In this document: positions 28,992 through 38,205 of the stretch, in pieces
How positions within the stretch are numbered: position 1 is the stretch's first letter
How the letters are laid out: the number at the start of each line of letters is the position of its first letter
Source of the DNA: an uncultured virus (IMG/VR IMGVR_UViG_3300021185_001360)
Taxonomy: Duplodnaviria; Heunggongvirae; Uroviricota; Caudoviricetes
Virus record (IMG/VR): IMGVR_UViG_3300021185_001360
Strand: one strand, 5' to 3'
Length of the DNA stretch: 64,000 bases
The notes under the pieces: model-generated
What the model was told of the DNA's origin: nothing
Seen by the model: only the letters and a program-made list of their open reading frames with translations
Databases searched by the model: none
Made by a program: the position numbers and the translations under genes

Positions 28992-29869
28992 ACAGCCATT
29001 GGTGCTTTTATAAACGGTTCCGGGTCATAACCAACAAGTTCAAAGTCTTCCATTTTAAAATCATCTATTGATTCTACAGTTCTGTTGATTTTTAATTTAG
29101 GGTATGGTTTAGCAGTTCTACCTAATTGTGTTTTGATTGCATCACTATGATTGACATATACATGCACATCACCAAAGATATGATTCAGTTCACCTACACC
29201 TAGTTTGCATACATGTGCAATCATATATGTTAATAAAGAATATGATGCAATGTTAAATGGAACTCCTAAGAATAAATCTGCACTACGTTGGTACATGTTA
29301 CAATGTAATCTATTATCATTGGATACATAAAACTGTGCCATAGTATGACATGGAGGTAAAGCCATCATATCTATATCACTTGGATTCCATGCATTAAGAA
29401 TATGCCTACGTGATTGTGGATTCTCTTTAATACCTTTTATTAGTTCAGCTATCTGGTCAACTCTACGTCTAGCACCGTTGTATGAGCGCCATTGGACGCC
29501 ATATACGGGTCCTAAGTTCTTTTCTGTATCAGTGTTAGTAAAGCCTAAGTCTTTGCCTTGATTATCTGCATTAGCAGTCCAGATAGTATTCTTGTCTATA
29601 AGTTCTTCTCTAGGTTTACCATAATGAATTTCTGCTAGTCTACGTTCATCACTGGAACCTTCTAAGAACCAAAGTAGTTCACTGAGTACTGCTTTAAAGT
29701 TTACTTTCTTTGTAGTTAGTAGGGGATATCCAGCTTCTAATTCAAAGTTTAAATGTGAAAAAAACTTACTACGAGTTCCGGTACCAGTTCTTTCTTGGTC
29801 TCTTAGTTCTCCTTGGTTGATAACATAGTATAGCAGTTCTAAATATTCTTCTTCACTCCAATTAGACAT
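28988..29869 (-). CDS. thyA: Thymidylate synthase
   Basis: ELLWFL, GPVYGVQWR, ALPPCH, YQRSAD, PFNIASY. Confidence 0.97.
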   Translation of the reverse strand: MSNWSEEEYLELLYYVINQGELRDQERTGTGTRSKFFSHLNFELEAGYPLLTTKKVNFKAVLSELLWFLEGSSDERRLAEIHYGKPREELIDKNTIWTANADNQGKDLGFTNTDTEKNLGPVYGVQWRSYNGARRRVDQIAELIKGIKENPQSRRHILNAWNPSDIDMMALPPCHTMAQFYVSNDNRLHCNMYQRSADLFLGVPFNIASYSLLTYMIAHVCKLGVGELNHIFGDVHVYVNHSDAIKTQLGRTAKPYPKLKINRTVESIDDFKMEDFELVGYDPEPFIKAPMAV

Positions 29870-30332
29870 TCTTATTCCTCATTTTACTTTTTCTATTTAC
29901 TCTTTCAACATATACAACAGCCCGTTTTAACATATCGATATCGTCATAAAATCCACCAAGTGTTCTGTTACATTTATGACATAGCCAACCTTTGAATTCA
30001 TCTGTATCATGGTCATGGTCTACACACCAAACACTGCGATTCTTTCCGCCTATCCCTTGTAACTCTTGTTCGTTCTTTAAACATATAGGACAACAAAAAT
30101 CTTTAGCAGGTCTTACGTGTTGTTTTCTAAGTCTGGCTCTGACTGTTTGTAAATGCTTTTCGCATTTTTTACATTCATGTCTTTGTTTTCGTATACCAAA
30201 GTTTATTCCCCAACTAAAATTGTCAGATTCCAATATCTCATTGCATTTGGAACATTGTTTAAAAGTTGTTTCTGGTTCTTTATCACCATCGAAAAGATTA
30301 TTAAAGCTATTCAATTCTCTGCCACACTTCAA
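29862..30332 (-). CDS. Endonuclease VII-family (HNH-like) nuclease, possible homing endonuclease
   Basis: CPIC...VDHDH.T..KGWLC.KCN..LG; N-terminal CxxC pairs. Confidence 0.8.
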   Translation of the reverse strand: MKCGRELNSFNNLFDGDKEPETTFKQCSKCNEILESDNFSWGINFGIRKQRHECKKCEKHLQTVRARLRKQHVRPAKDFCCPICLKNEQELQGIGGKNRSVWCVDHDHDTDEFKGWLCHKCNRTLGGFYDDIDMLKRAVVYVERVNRKSKMRNKNV

Positions 30333-30831
30333 ATGTACAATGGGGTTCCGGGTGTGGGTTTAATTCTTTACTTGCTGTTAATTGTGTATAATCTTTTAAA
30401 TAAGTTGTTATATCACATGTAGTATCCACTGAATGAACACCATCTATCCTTGTCAAATAAATCTTATCACAAAATTTATAAGCATCATCGTATAAGTGTT
30501 TACCACCAATGATGAATATTTCTTTACTAGGGTGTCTTGATTGAATTGCAGTAACAATATTTTCTAATGAATATTCTGTATGGTCATATAAATCATGGGC
30601 ACCTGTGAATTCATCCATACTCTTAGATGTTATTACGTAATTAATTCTATTCTTAAGTGGGGCTATTTTGCCTAAACTTTTCCATGTATTTGAACCCATA
30701 ACAACTACATTATCTGTAGTATGTTCCGAAAACCATTTCAAGTCTCGTTTGATTTTAGCCCAAGGTAAATCGTTGTTATAACCAATGCCACCGTAACTAT
30801 CAGCGGCGAGAATCATATTAGTCGCCATCAT
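30307..30831 (-). CDS. folA: Dihydrofolate reductase
   Basis: GIG..NDLPW, DLKWF, VVMG..TW.S, PL.NR.N, FIIGG. Confidence 0.93.
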   Translation of the reverse strand: MMATNMILAADSYGGIGYNNDLPWAKIKRDLKWFSEHTTDNVVVMGSNTWKSLGKIAPLKNRINYVITSKSMDEFTGAHDLYDHTEYSLENIVTAIQSRHPSKEIFIIGGKHLYDDAYKFCDKIYLTRIDGVHSVDTTCDITTYLKDYTQLTASKELNPHPEPHCTFEVWQRIE

Positions 30832-31162
30832 CCTTCTCCTGTTTCTTATTGGACTTAGTTTCTAAGTACTCTATGAAATGATTATTTAGTATCTTTTTCA
30901 CATTCATTACTACGTTTTGCCTAATAGCAGGCATATCAATGAATACTTGGATATCTTCTATTGCATCGAATTGCTCTACAAGTCTATCCCAACTAAAATC
31001 ATTAGCAACAGGTAAAGGATTTAGTAACTCATCGCCTTTGAGGACGACATGCTGACCGTTCGCTAGTTTAACACTTATGCTTTTAACAAAAGCTGAAGGA
31101 ATACTTACTGGAAATATCTCTTCCATTACTCGGTCGAATTCTCCTTCTCTATCAAATTCCAT
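30818..31162 (-). CDS. Hypothetical protein, 114 aa
   Basis: Coupled ORF. Confidence 0.75.
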   Translation of the reverse strand: MEFDREGEFDRVMEEIFPVSIPSAFVKSISVKLANGQHVVLKGDELLNPLPVANDFSWDRLVEQFDAIEDIQVFIDMPAIRQNVVMNVKKILNNHFIEYLETKSNKKQEKDDGD

Positions 31163-31431
31163 TATGATAATTCGTCCTTGTCTTTCATAGAATCAATATG
31201 CTCTATTGCGGCTAAGATTACTGCACCTGCTTTAATGAGGTTTTCTTTATAATCATCCGCTGTTGGTGGAGTAAGCATAGTGGCTCTCCGGGTGTTCTGT
31301 ACAAGATAGTAAGAAGCTATTGCAACCCAATCATTGGGTGTGTTCTTAATATCTAATTCTGAACCTGGCATATCTGTATGCTTTTCACGTTCACGTGTAA
31401 TTGCATCTAATATTTCACTACGCTTACTCAT
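31162..31431 (-). CDS. Hypothetical protein, 89 aa (start MSKRSEIL)
   Basis: GGAG RBS before 31431; the track's longer start overlaps the upstream gene. Confidence 0.7.
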   Translation of the reverse strand: MSKRSEILDAITREREKHTDMPGSELDIKNTPNDWVAIASYYLVQNTRRATMLTPPTADDYKENLIKAGAVILAAIEHIDSMKDKDELS

Positions 31432-31435
31432 AGTT

Positions 31436-32074
31436 TTACATCTCCGCTGAGGTTGTTTTTGCCGCGATAGCTTCCTTAGTAGTACCTTTTGGTCTACCTC
31501 TACCACGTTTAGGGGCTTCTGCCGCCTTTTGTGCCAGAGTTGGATCATATCTAACTGCCTCTGCACGTTTCTTTTCAGCTTCATTTTCTAATAGAATAGC
31601 CTGCTGTAAAAGATTTTGTGCGATTGATTTGTTATCTTGTTCACTATTTAGTGCAACTTGTTCATCAATCCTTTCGCCTGGCATTTCGCCAACATCTTCT
31701 GCTGGTCTTTCAGCACCATCGGCAATCCTTTCCATTTGTTCGAGAATATCTCCTAATGGAATTTGCTTTTGCGGAGTTGGTTGCATTATCACTGCATCCA
31801 CTGGTACCTTTTTCAAGTGACCTCTGGTATGTAGTGATTCTAACATTGTTTCCCCATTCCAAAATGTTTTACGTTGAAGTGCCTCATGCAATGAATTTGC
31901 CGCTTGGCCTTCTGGCGATACGATAGCCGCCATAAAATCATCATGGAATTTGTCTTGCAACATGTCCGAGTAAACTACTAGAGCATGTTCCTTGTCTTCT
32001 GGTATTTGCATAAAGACTACACTTAGGCGTTGACCTGTGCCTTTATGTCTACCAATGTGTTTAGTAATTGCCAT
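31436..32074 (-). CDS. Hypothetical protein with C-terminal AT-hook-like motif
   Basis: KRGRGRPKG near the C-terminus. Confidence 0.75.
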   Translation of the reverse strand: MAITKHIGRHKGTGQRLSVVFMQIPEDKEHALVVYSDMLQDKFHDDFMAAIVSPEGQAANSLHEALQRKTFWNGETMLESLHTRGHLKKVPVDAVIMQPTPQKQIPLGDILEQMERIADGAERPAEDVGEMPGERIDEQVALNSEQDNKSIAQNLLQQAILLENEAEKKRAEAVRYDPTLAQKAAEAPKRGRGRPKGTTKEAIAAKTTSAEM

Positions 32075-32368
32075 TTAACTAGCCGAACCTTCGCCCGTAG
32101 TTTCAGCAGGTTGTTCTCCTGCCGCCTCACCAGCCGCGTCCGCCGCCGCTTTTTGTTGTGCTTGGACATGGTCAACGAATGCCTTCACTTTGTTGGCGAT
32201 TGCTCCAACTGATGATAATTCCGCGGCTTGAAAAGCGCCACGCTTTGATGCTAAGTCAATAATATTGTAAATATTAACCAAGTCATTTACTGTTACCGAA
32301 GGTTGTTCTGATTGAACTTCCTCTGGATTTTTGTTTGCTTCTGTCATTGTTGTATACTCCTTTGACAT
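32075..32368 (-). CDS. Hypothetical protein, ~90-97 aa
   Basis: AAGGAG RBS before internal MTEAN; promoter 32412-32440. Confidence 0.75.
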   Translation of the reverse strand: MSKEYTTMTEANKNPEEVQSEQPSVTVNDLVNIYNIIDLASKRGAFQAAELSSVGAIANKVKAFVDHVQAQQKAAADAAGEAAGEQPAETTGEGSAS

Positions 32369-32411
32369 TAGATTATTATATATAATAGAATAACTTAATT
32401 ATTCAACTACT

Positions 32412-32440
32412 ATTATAACAAATTGAGGGAACGAAGTCAA
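32412..32440 (-). promoter_or_regulatory. sigma70-type promoter
   Basis: TTGACT-17nt-TATAAT. Confidence 0.65.
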
Positions 32441-32454
32441 TACTTTATTTGAAA

Positions 32455-32997
32455 TTATGCTATAATTTTCACGTATTCTTCCGGCCAATCCAGATATCTG
32501 AGCCAAACCTGGTGCCTGACTTTCATTGTAAAATTCTTTTGAGCCATTAAACTAAAGAAATTTGGTTTGATTGGTGTTTTGACTGGCTTAATATCAGTAC
32601 GTGAGCCTTTAGTTGTATTACATTTTTTACATGCCGTCACCATATTTTCCCAACCAGACTTACCACCTTTGGATCTAGGTTTAACATGGTCCAAAGTCAA
32701 GTCTTTATGATTAAAAGAATCCAAACAATATTGACAAGTGTAATGGTCACGTATGAATACATTTTTACGTGAAAAGTTTATACCTTCTCTATCTTGGGAT
32801 ACATATTCACGTACTGCAATTACGGCAGGAACTTTCATAGTATGACTAGGCGAATGTACTTCCCAATCATCATGCCATTCTAATACATTAATTTTATCCA
32901 ACCAAATGAGTTTAATACTTTCTTGCCATGTTAAAGTAGAAAGTGGCGAGAGGCATAAAGGTTTGTAGTCCGCATTTAGTAGTAAGGTATCGCTCAT
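32455..32997 (-). CDS. HNH endonuclease (McrA-like)
   Basis: LLLNADY.PL, RD.YTCQYC, TLDHV.PRSKGG..WEN.V.AC..CN..KG. Confidence 0.9.
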   Translation of the reverse strand: MSDTLLLNADYKPLCLSPLSTLTWQESIKLIWLDKINVLEWHDDWEVHSPSHTMKVPAVIAVREYVSQDREGINFSRKNVFIRDHYTCQYCLDSFNHKDLTLDHVKPRSKGGKSGWENMVTACKKCNTTKGSRTDIKPVKTPIKPNFFSLMAQKNFTMKVRHQVWLRYLDWPEEYVKIIA

Positions 32998-33019
32998 TAA
33001 TGATATTTATTCTCGTATG

Positions 33020-33041
33020 AAAAGGGAGTTTTATACTCCCT
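33020..33041 (-). terminator. Intrinsic terminator after the vWA gene
   Basis: AGGGAGT-5nt-ACTCCCT stem followed by a short U-tract. Confidence 0.6.
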
Positions 33042-33046
33042 AGTAT

Positions 33047-34393
33047 TTATGCGGCTTCTTTGTGGTAGTAAGCGTGTTCACCGAACGGTGGGACGATTGA
33101 GTCACTGCCATGAATTACAAATAGTGTATCACAGTAATTTGGATTACCCCAACTACCAAATGGGTATCCATCAGTAAACATTACAAACTTATCAGGATTG
33201 ATATCGTTTTGTTCCATGAAGTTAAAGTTACATTCAAAATCAGTACCACCTCCACCAACGATTTCATAATCTTTGATTTCTTCTTGGTTCATCGGAGTAA
33301 ACTCCTTGAATGAAAATTCATTAACCTCAGTATCGAAAGTCCAAACTCTAAGTCTAAAGTCCTGAAACTGTTGCATGATGCCTCCAACTTCACCCATGAA
33401 GTCAGCTAACATTTTATTATCAATAGAACCTGAAACATCAAGTCCGATACCTAAGTCAACCATAGTATCATTGTCTTGACCTGGAAGATAAACACCCATA
33501 GACCTAGATTTCCTTGATTGACGCATCCATGTAAAATCTGATTTAAGTAAACTTAAAATAGATGTATTAAGTAACTGTCGCCAATCCATTTTAGGTTCTG
33601 TCATAGACTTAACAAGTCTTTTGATATCACCAGGCATATTACCAGCACCAGCAGTTTGAGCCGCTTGAATAACAGCCTGTTTCATTTGGTCTTTAAGTTG
33701 TTTTGCTTCCTGTTTAGAAATTTTGATAGGCGCTTTACGTCCTGTAGGATCGTTACCACCTGTGCCACCTGTTTCATCATTGCCATTACCCATGATATGT
33801 TGGTCAAGTGTTTTTTTGTCTTCACCTTGACCTGTTTGTTTCAGATGTTGATAAATTTCCTCAGTGTATTTACCATGATACTTAGGATCGAATAGTGCAG
33901 ATTTTGGCATAACACCAATTCTACTTTCAACACAACCTTGATTAACTTTATAGTCAGCGGCTACATTCCAAAGTTGAGCATCACGATCCTCCTCTTCAAA
34001 ATCGAATAGACGACCGCCCTCACCACAATGGTCATATACACAGTGAAGAACCTCATGACCTACTACAAAGTCAATCTCTTCCGGTGTTAGAGTTCTGAAA
34101 AAATCACAGTTATAATAAAAATGTTTGCCATCAACTGCGGCTGTTGGGCACCATTCTGCCTCAACTAGTTTTAATCGTGTAGCAAGTGTACCAAAGAACG
34201 GATGTTTGATAAGCATACGTACTCGACCGCCGACAATCATTTCTTTTACTTCTCGGTCAGTGTATTCGAATACTACGGGTTCTTCTGAATTTTCATCTAC
34301 TTCAATGCCTGCATCTTTCAATACATCATCTACTACTTCATCAACTGTTTTCTGATTTGATACTTGCATGTGAACGTTACCTTTATCTTTCAT
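33047..34393 (-). CDS. Metallopeptidase-like + vWA domain protein (DUF2201-type), MoxR partner
   Basis: PTAAVDG, HEVLH (HExxH), DVSGS MIDAS, GGGTDF, FTDG. Confidence 0.88.
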   Translation of the reverse strand: MKDKGNVHMQVSNQKTVDEVVDDVLKDAGIEVDENSEEPVVFEYTDREVKEMIVGGRVRMLIKHPFFGTLATRLKLVEAEWCPTAAVDGKHFYYNCDFFRTLTPEEIDFVVGHEVLHCVYDHCGEGGRLFDFEEEDRDAQLWNVAADYKVNQGCVESRIGVMPKSALFDPKYHGKYTEEIYQHLKQTGQGEDKKTLDQHIMGNGNDETGGTGGNDPTGRKAPIKISKQEAKQLKDQMKQAVIQAAQTAGAGNMPGDIKRLVKSMTEPKMDWRQLLNTSILSLLKSDFTWMRQSRKSRSMGVYLPGQDNDTMVDLGIGLDVSGSIDNKMLADFMGEVGGIMQQFQDFRLRVWTFDTEVNEFSFKEFTPMNQEEIKDYEIVGGGGTDFECNFNFMEQNDINPDKFVMFTDGYPFGSWGNPNYCDTLFVIHGSDSIVPPFGEHAYYHKEAA

Positions 34394-34402
34394 TATGTAT
34401 AC

Positions 34403-34430
34403 ATATTAACACGATTCGCTGTATTGTCAA
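34403..34430 (-). promoter_or_regulatory. sigma70-type early promoter with GAATC
   Basis: TTGACA-16nt(atacagcGAATCgtgt)-TAATAT. Confidence 0.75.
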
Positions 34431-34612
34431 GTTTTCAATACTTCATTAATCGCATTACGTTCTTTAATTAGTTGTTCCCTGGTTAAAGCAAACTTAGTGT
34501 AATAATCCATATCACTTGTAGTAATCTTATGATATTTACCATCCCTATTGCCTTTTACGTATTTAACTGGCAATGACACATTTGATAGACTAGACAATGT
34601 AAGCACTCCCAA
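34427..34612 (-). CDS. Hypothetical protein, ~61 aa
   Basis: ORF track. Confidence 0.5.
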   Translation of the reverse strand: MGVLTLSSLSNVSLPVKYVKGNRDGKYHKITTSDMDYYTKFALTREQLIKERNAINEVLKT

Positions 34613-34874
34613 TATGAGCAGAAGGTCTATTATGCTCTACCGGCTTAGTAGCATATTCATCTGAACCAGGAACATATACACTTTCCACCATATATTCTAC
34701 ATCTTTTCCTAACATAGGGACTCTAACACCTCTGTCCAATATCTTTTGTATGATATCTTTAGCATGGTCACTATCATAAGCAAACACTGATAATTGGTCA
34801 ACTTCTCCAGCTGGAGCATCAACAGGTCTAATGTTTACTATATAGTCATTTTTTAGCGATTTTAGTGTTATCAT
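34590..34874 (-). CDS. Hypothetical protein, 94 aa
   Basis: ORF behind a TTGACA-16nt-TATAAT promoter (34905-34932). Confidence 0.7.
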   Translation of the reverse strand: MITLKSLKNDYIVNIRPVDAPAGEVDQLSVFAYDSDHAKDIIQKILDRGVRVPMLGKDVEYMVESVYVPGSDEYATKPVEHNRPSAHIGSAYIV

Positions 34875-34955
34875 TTGGTCTCTCTTTATTGTTAATATAC
34901 TTATATTATACTACAGATTTACAACCTGTCAACCTTTTGAGAGATAAAAAACTAA

Positions 34956-36104
34956 TTATTTTATCAAAATACTAGCATTTGTGCCACCAAAACCGAAAGA
35001 ATTGCACAATACAGAGGTTATTTCTGCACGTTCTGACTTACTACGTATGTTTGGACTATAACCTTCTTCAAACGCTTCTACGTTCACCGTAGGCGGTATA
35101 ATAGCGTGTTTTAGAGACATAATAGACATAGCAAGTTCTACAGAACCAGCGGCGCCCATACAGTGTCCTAACTGTGATTTGTTAGCAACTATGGGTACAT
35201 CCTGTAATCCTAATCTATTGATAGCATCTAGTTCCGCATAATCTCCCATAGGTGTTGATGTTCCGTGTACATTAATAAGACTAGGTGTTGTGTCTTTTAA
35301 AGCATCTTTCATGCATTCTTGTACAACCTTGCCGTCAGGATGAGGAGCAACAGTTTGATAGGCATCATTATTGATAGCATAACCATCAATCTCGCATATT
35401 GTATTGTCCGTCTTATGTTTACTCAATAAGAATAACGCACCGCCTTCACTTAATACTAATCCATCACGTTGAGTATCATAAGGTCTTGATGCTTTTTCTG
35501 GTGTATCATTATATTTGGTTGATAAGGCTCTGAGTTTTCCCATCTGTTTGAATGCATCTGGGTGTATAGTTTTATCTACAGAACCTGCTATTACATTATC
35601 TACCATACCCATTTCAATCATCATGGCCGCCCATATAACACTATAGATGCCTGTGCTACATGCAGTCAAGGTCATTGCACTAGCACCAGTTAAACCATAT
35701 TTCATGTTTATATTATGTGCAATCATATCAGGACAATAGTGATAAATGTTATCAGCATTTTCCTTATTTGACTGTAAAATTTCTAAGTACATAGAGAAGC
35801 CCGGAGATACAATAACACCTGTACGACTTTTATCTAATCCATCTAAGTTTATTTGACTTGCTAATGCTAAAGCCCATTGATTTGATTCTGGAAGTCTATC
35901 ACGTTCTGACTCAGTTATGATAGGATATTCTTTTGCATCGAAATGAAACTCTCCAGCTACTTTGCTTCGTGTCCATCTACTTTCATTTGGGTCAAACTTT
36001 GTAATTGGCCCATATGCTACTTTGTTATTGGTAACTCCTTTCCATGTTTCCTGTAAATCACCGAAGGGCGTGAAACATGAAAGGTCGTTAATATATACGG
36101 TCAT
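34956..36104 (-). CDS. fabF: Beta-ketoacyl-ACP synthase (FabF/FabB-type)
   Basis: TACSTG, HGTST..GD, KSQLGHCMGAAG, NSFGFGG: complete Cys-His-His triad. Confidence 0.92.
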   Translation of the reverse strand: MTVYINDLSCFTPFGDLQETWKGVTNNKVAYGPITKFDPNESRWTRSKVAGEFHFDAKEYPIITESERDRLPESNQWALALASQINLDGLDKSRTGVIVSPGFSMYLEILQSNKENADNIYHYCPDMIAHNINMKYGLTGASAMTLTACSTGIYSVIWAAMMIEMGMVDNVIAGSVDKTIHPDAFKQMGKLRALSTKYNDTPEKASRPYDTQRDGLVLSEGGALFLLSKHKTDNTICEIDGYAINNDAYQTVAPHPDGKVVQECMKDALKDTTPSLINVHGTSTPMGDYAELDAINRLGLQDVPIVANKSQLGHCMGAAGSVELAMSIMSLKHAIIPPTVNVEAFEEGYSPNIRSKSERAEITSVLCNSFGFGGTNASILIK

Positions 36105-36876
36105 ATTTTAAATCCGTTGCTATAATGTATTTGATGATTAATCCTGTTGGATCAAATTGATACCACTTCTCTTGTGTAGTGTAACTTAAACTGTTATTAT
36201 GATGGTTATTATGCCAACCTTCACCGAATGTGATTAATGCTAAGAACCAGTTATTCTTACTATCATCACCTGTATCGTGTTCTGGCTTACCAAATATGTG
36301 TAGTAAATGTACAATACCAAATGTACCTACCCAAAATTGATACACGCCTGTAATACCTAATACATATCCCGGTAAGATTGGATCGATAAGAAATAGAATA
36401 ATCATAGCAACTGTAATAATTTGAAAATAATAACGTTGCATAAATCTTACTTGCGGATCCATATATAAGTCTTTAAAAATTCTACGTTCAGGAGGAAAGT
36501 CTTCATAGAAACCCATTAAGTTTTCCCACCATGATTTTTCTCTTGGACTATGTATGTCCATACCTTCTACATCGGAATATTTGTGATGTAATCTATGTCC
36601 ACCTATCGTTGCTAATGGTTTACCTGGAAAGCCTAATGCGCCCCACCAGAGCAATAGTACCTGACGTTTCCTTCCAGTCTGATAACTTCTATGTGCCCAA
36701 TATCTGTGCCAACCTGCAAATCCACCTATCATAGTTGTTATACAACCCCATGCAAACGAGTACCAAAAATACTCTGGTGCGGTTATAATACTAAAGAGTA
36801 ATACCAGGTGCAAAACAATCCATAGTGTTCGCATCTTCCAACCATAAGTATATTTTTCTAGTAGACTTTTAATCAT
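36088..36876 (-). CDS. Membrane fatty acid desaturase (delta-9 type)
   Basis: His boxes HRYWAH, HRLHH, GEGWHNNHH; transmembrane helices. Confidence 0.9.
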   Translation of the reverse strand: MIKSLLEKYTYGWKMRTLWIVLHLVLLFSIITAPEYFWYSFAWGCITTMIGGFAGWHRYWAHRSYQTGRKRQVLLLWWGALGFPGKPLATIGGHRLHHKYSDVEGMDIHSPREKSWWENLMGFYEDFPPERRIFKDLYMDPQVRFMQRYYFQIITVAMIILFLIDPILPGYVLGITGVYQFWVGTFGIVHLLHIFGKPEHDTGDDSKNNWFLALITFGEGWHNNHHNNSLSYTTQEKWYQFDPTGLIIKYIIATDLKYDRIY

Positions 36877-37483
36877 GTTTTTCTATCCTCTCTCCTGTTC
36901 TAAAGTTTCTCCAATTAAACTTCCAAACATCTTGCTTAATCCCATACAATGGGAAATCTTTATGTAATAGAGTTAGCTTATCTTCGTGTGGCCATGCCAC
37001 ATAAGCAAATCTCCATATCTTGTGCATCGTGCCACTTCTATCTTCACTGTGGTCTTGTGATGCTGTTGTAACCACACAATCTGTGGCTCCTTGTTCATGT
37101 GCCCAATCTACCATAAAAGGAACTAATCTTGCAAATCCAAACTCATGATACATTCTTCTAGTATTCTGTCTATCGTCTGCCATATTACGCCACTCAGGTA
37201 GTGTTGCCAATCTATAGTTTATCATATAACATGTATCATGTACATGTGGCAAGTAATGTGCACCTGCCATTGATACTATCTTATCCTCGTGATAAACAAA
37301 CCACCAGTTCTCTTGTGAACCCCATTTGCCAAACTTCAATGCTTTGAGACTAGCATTATTTAGTATACCTGCATCACCACACTTATCGCAGAATTCTTCT
37401 AAGTCTGCTTTTAATGTGCTATCGTATTCTACTACTTTAAATTCGTAACCCTCTGCACCAGTGAATGTTTCTAATACTTTCAT
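36869..37483 (-). CDS. Hypothetical protein, possibly GNAT-fold acyltransferase
   Basis: Coupled ORF; KIVSMAG...YRLATLPEWR..GFARL..WA...GA pattern resembles GNAT motif A. Confidence 0.45.
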   Translation of the reverse strand: MKVLETFTGAEGYEFKVVEYDSTLKADLEEFCDKCGDAGILNNASLKALKFGKWGSQENWWFVYHEDKIVSMAGAHYLPHVHDTCYMINYRLATLPEWRNMADDRQNTRRMYHEFGFARLVPFMVDWAHEQGATDCVVTTASQDHSEDRSGTMHKIWRFAYVAWPHEDKLTLLHKDFPLYGIKQDVWKFNWRNFRTGERIEKHD

Positions 37484-38205
37484 TTCTTAGCCAATAACAT
37501 TGGAATATAATATTTACCAGCCCAATCAGTTAGGTCATCACGTGACATATCAAGTCTTGCTGAATACTTGTGATGTATGTCGTGACATCCCTCTCCCATC
37601 ATCCAGATGTTTGAAAAGCCACCTAATCTAGCAGGCCCACCCTCTTTGTGTGCTGAGAAGTTTAACCAAGTAAGTGCTACCCACATGTGAGTAAAGTTAA
37701 ATGCTTGCCATACAACTAACCACGGGCTGATTATTAAATGTATTAATGTGAATAATGCATATAGTTTCCAATAGTTTCTATCAACATAAACTACATCACG
37801 TTTCTTTAATAGAAAACGTAAACTAATATAATCCTCTGGCGTCTTATAATGTCCTAACCACATTTTCCAGAAGCCTAGGTCAGCTGGATTATGCGTGTCC
37901 TTATCTGTATCTGAATTCTTATGATGATTTAAATGAGAGTACACATATTGTATTGGACTTCCATTTGCACTCATAATAATACCATACAACATTGCATAGC
38001 GTCCTACGATATGAGGAACAAATTGGTCATGACATAACCATCGATGATATGCAATCTGTGACAATGCATTTGTTACACAACCATATAAGGTAAATGTTAA
38101 TGCAAGTTGCCAAGATCCACCTGTAATAAAGTATGCCGGTATACCAATTAAGGTAATTGCTAACATGAAAAATACTTTTACTGTTACTTTATTTTGATAT
38201 GTCAT
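37480..38205 (-). CDS. Second membrane fatty acid desaturase
   Basis: His boxes HRWLCH, HLNHH, GEGCHDIHH. Confidence 0.88.
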   Translation of the reverse strand: MTYQNKVTVKVFFMLAITLIGIPAYFITGGSWQLALTFTLYGCVTNALSQIAYHRWLCHDQFVPHIVGRYAMLYGIIMSANGSPIQYVYSHLNHHKNSDTDKDTHNPADLGFWKMWLGHYKTPEDYISLRFLLKKRDVVYVDRNYWKLYALFTLIHLIISPWLVVWQAFNFTHMWVALTWLNFSAHKEGGPARLGGFSNIWMMGEGCHDIHHKYSARLDMSRDDLTDWAGKYYIPMLLAKK

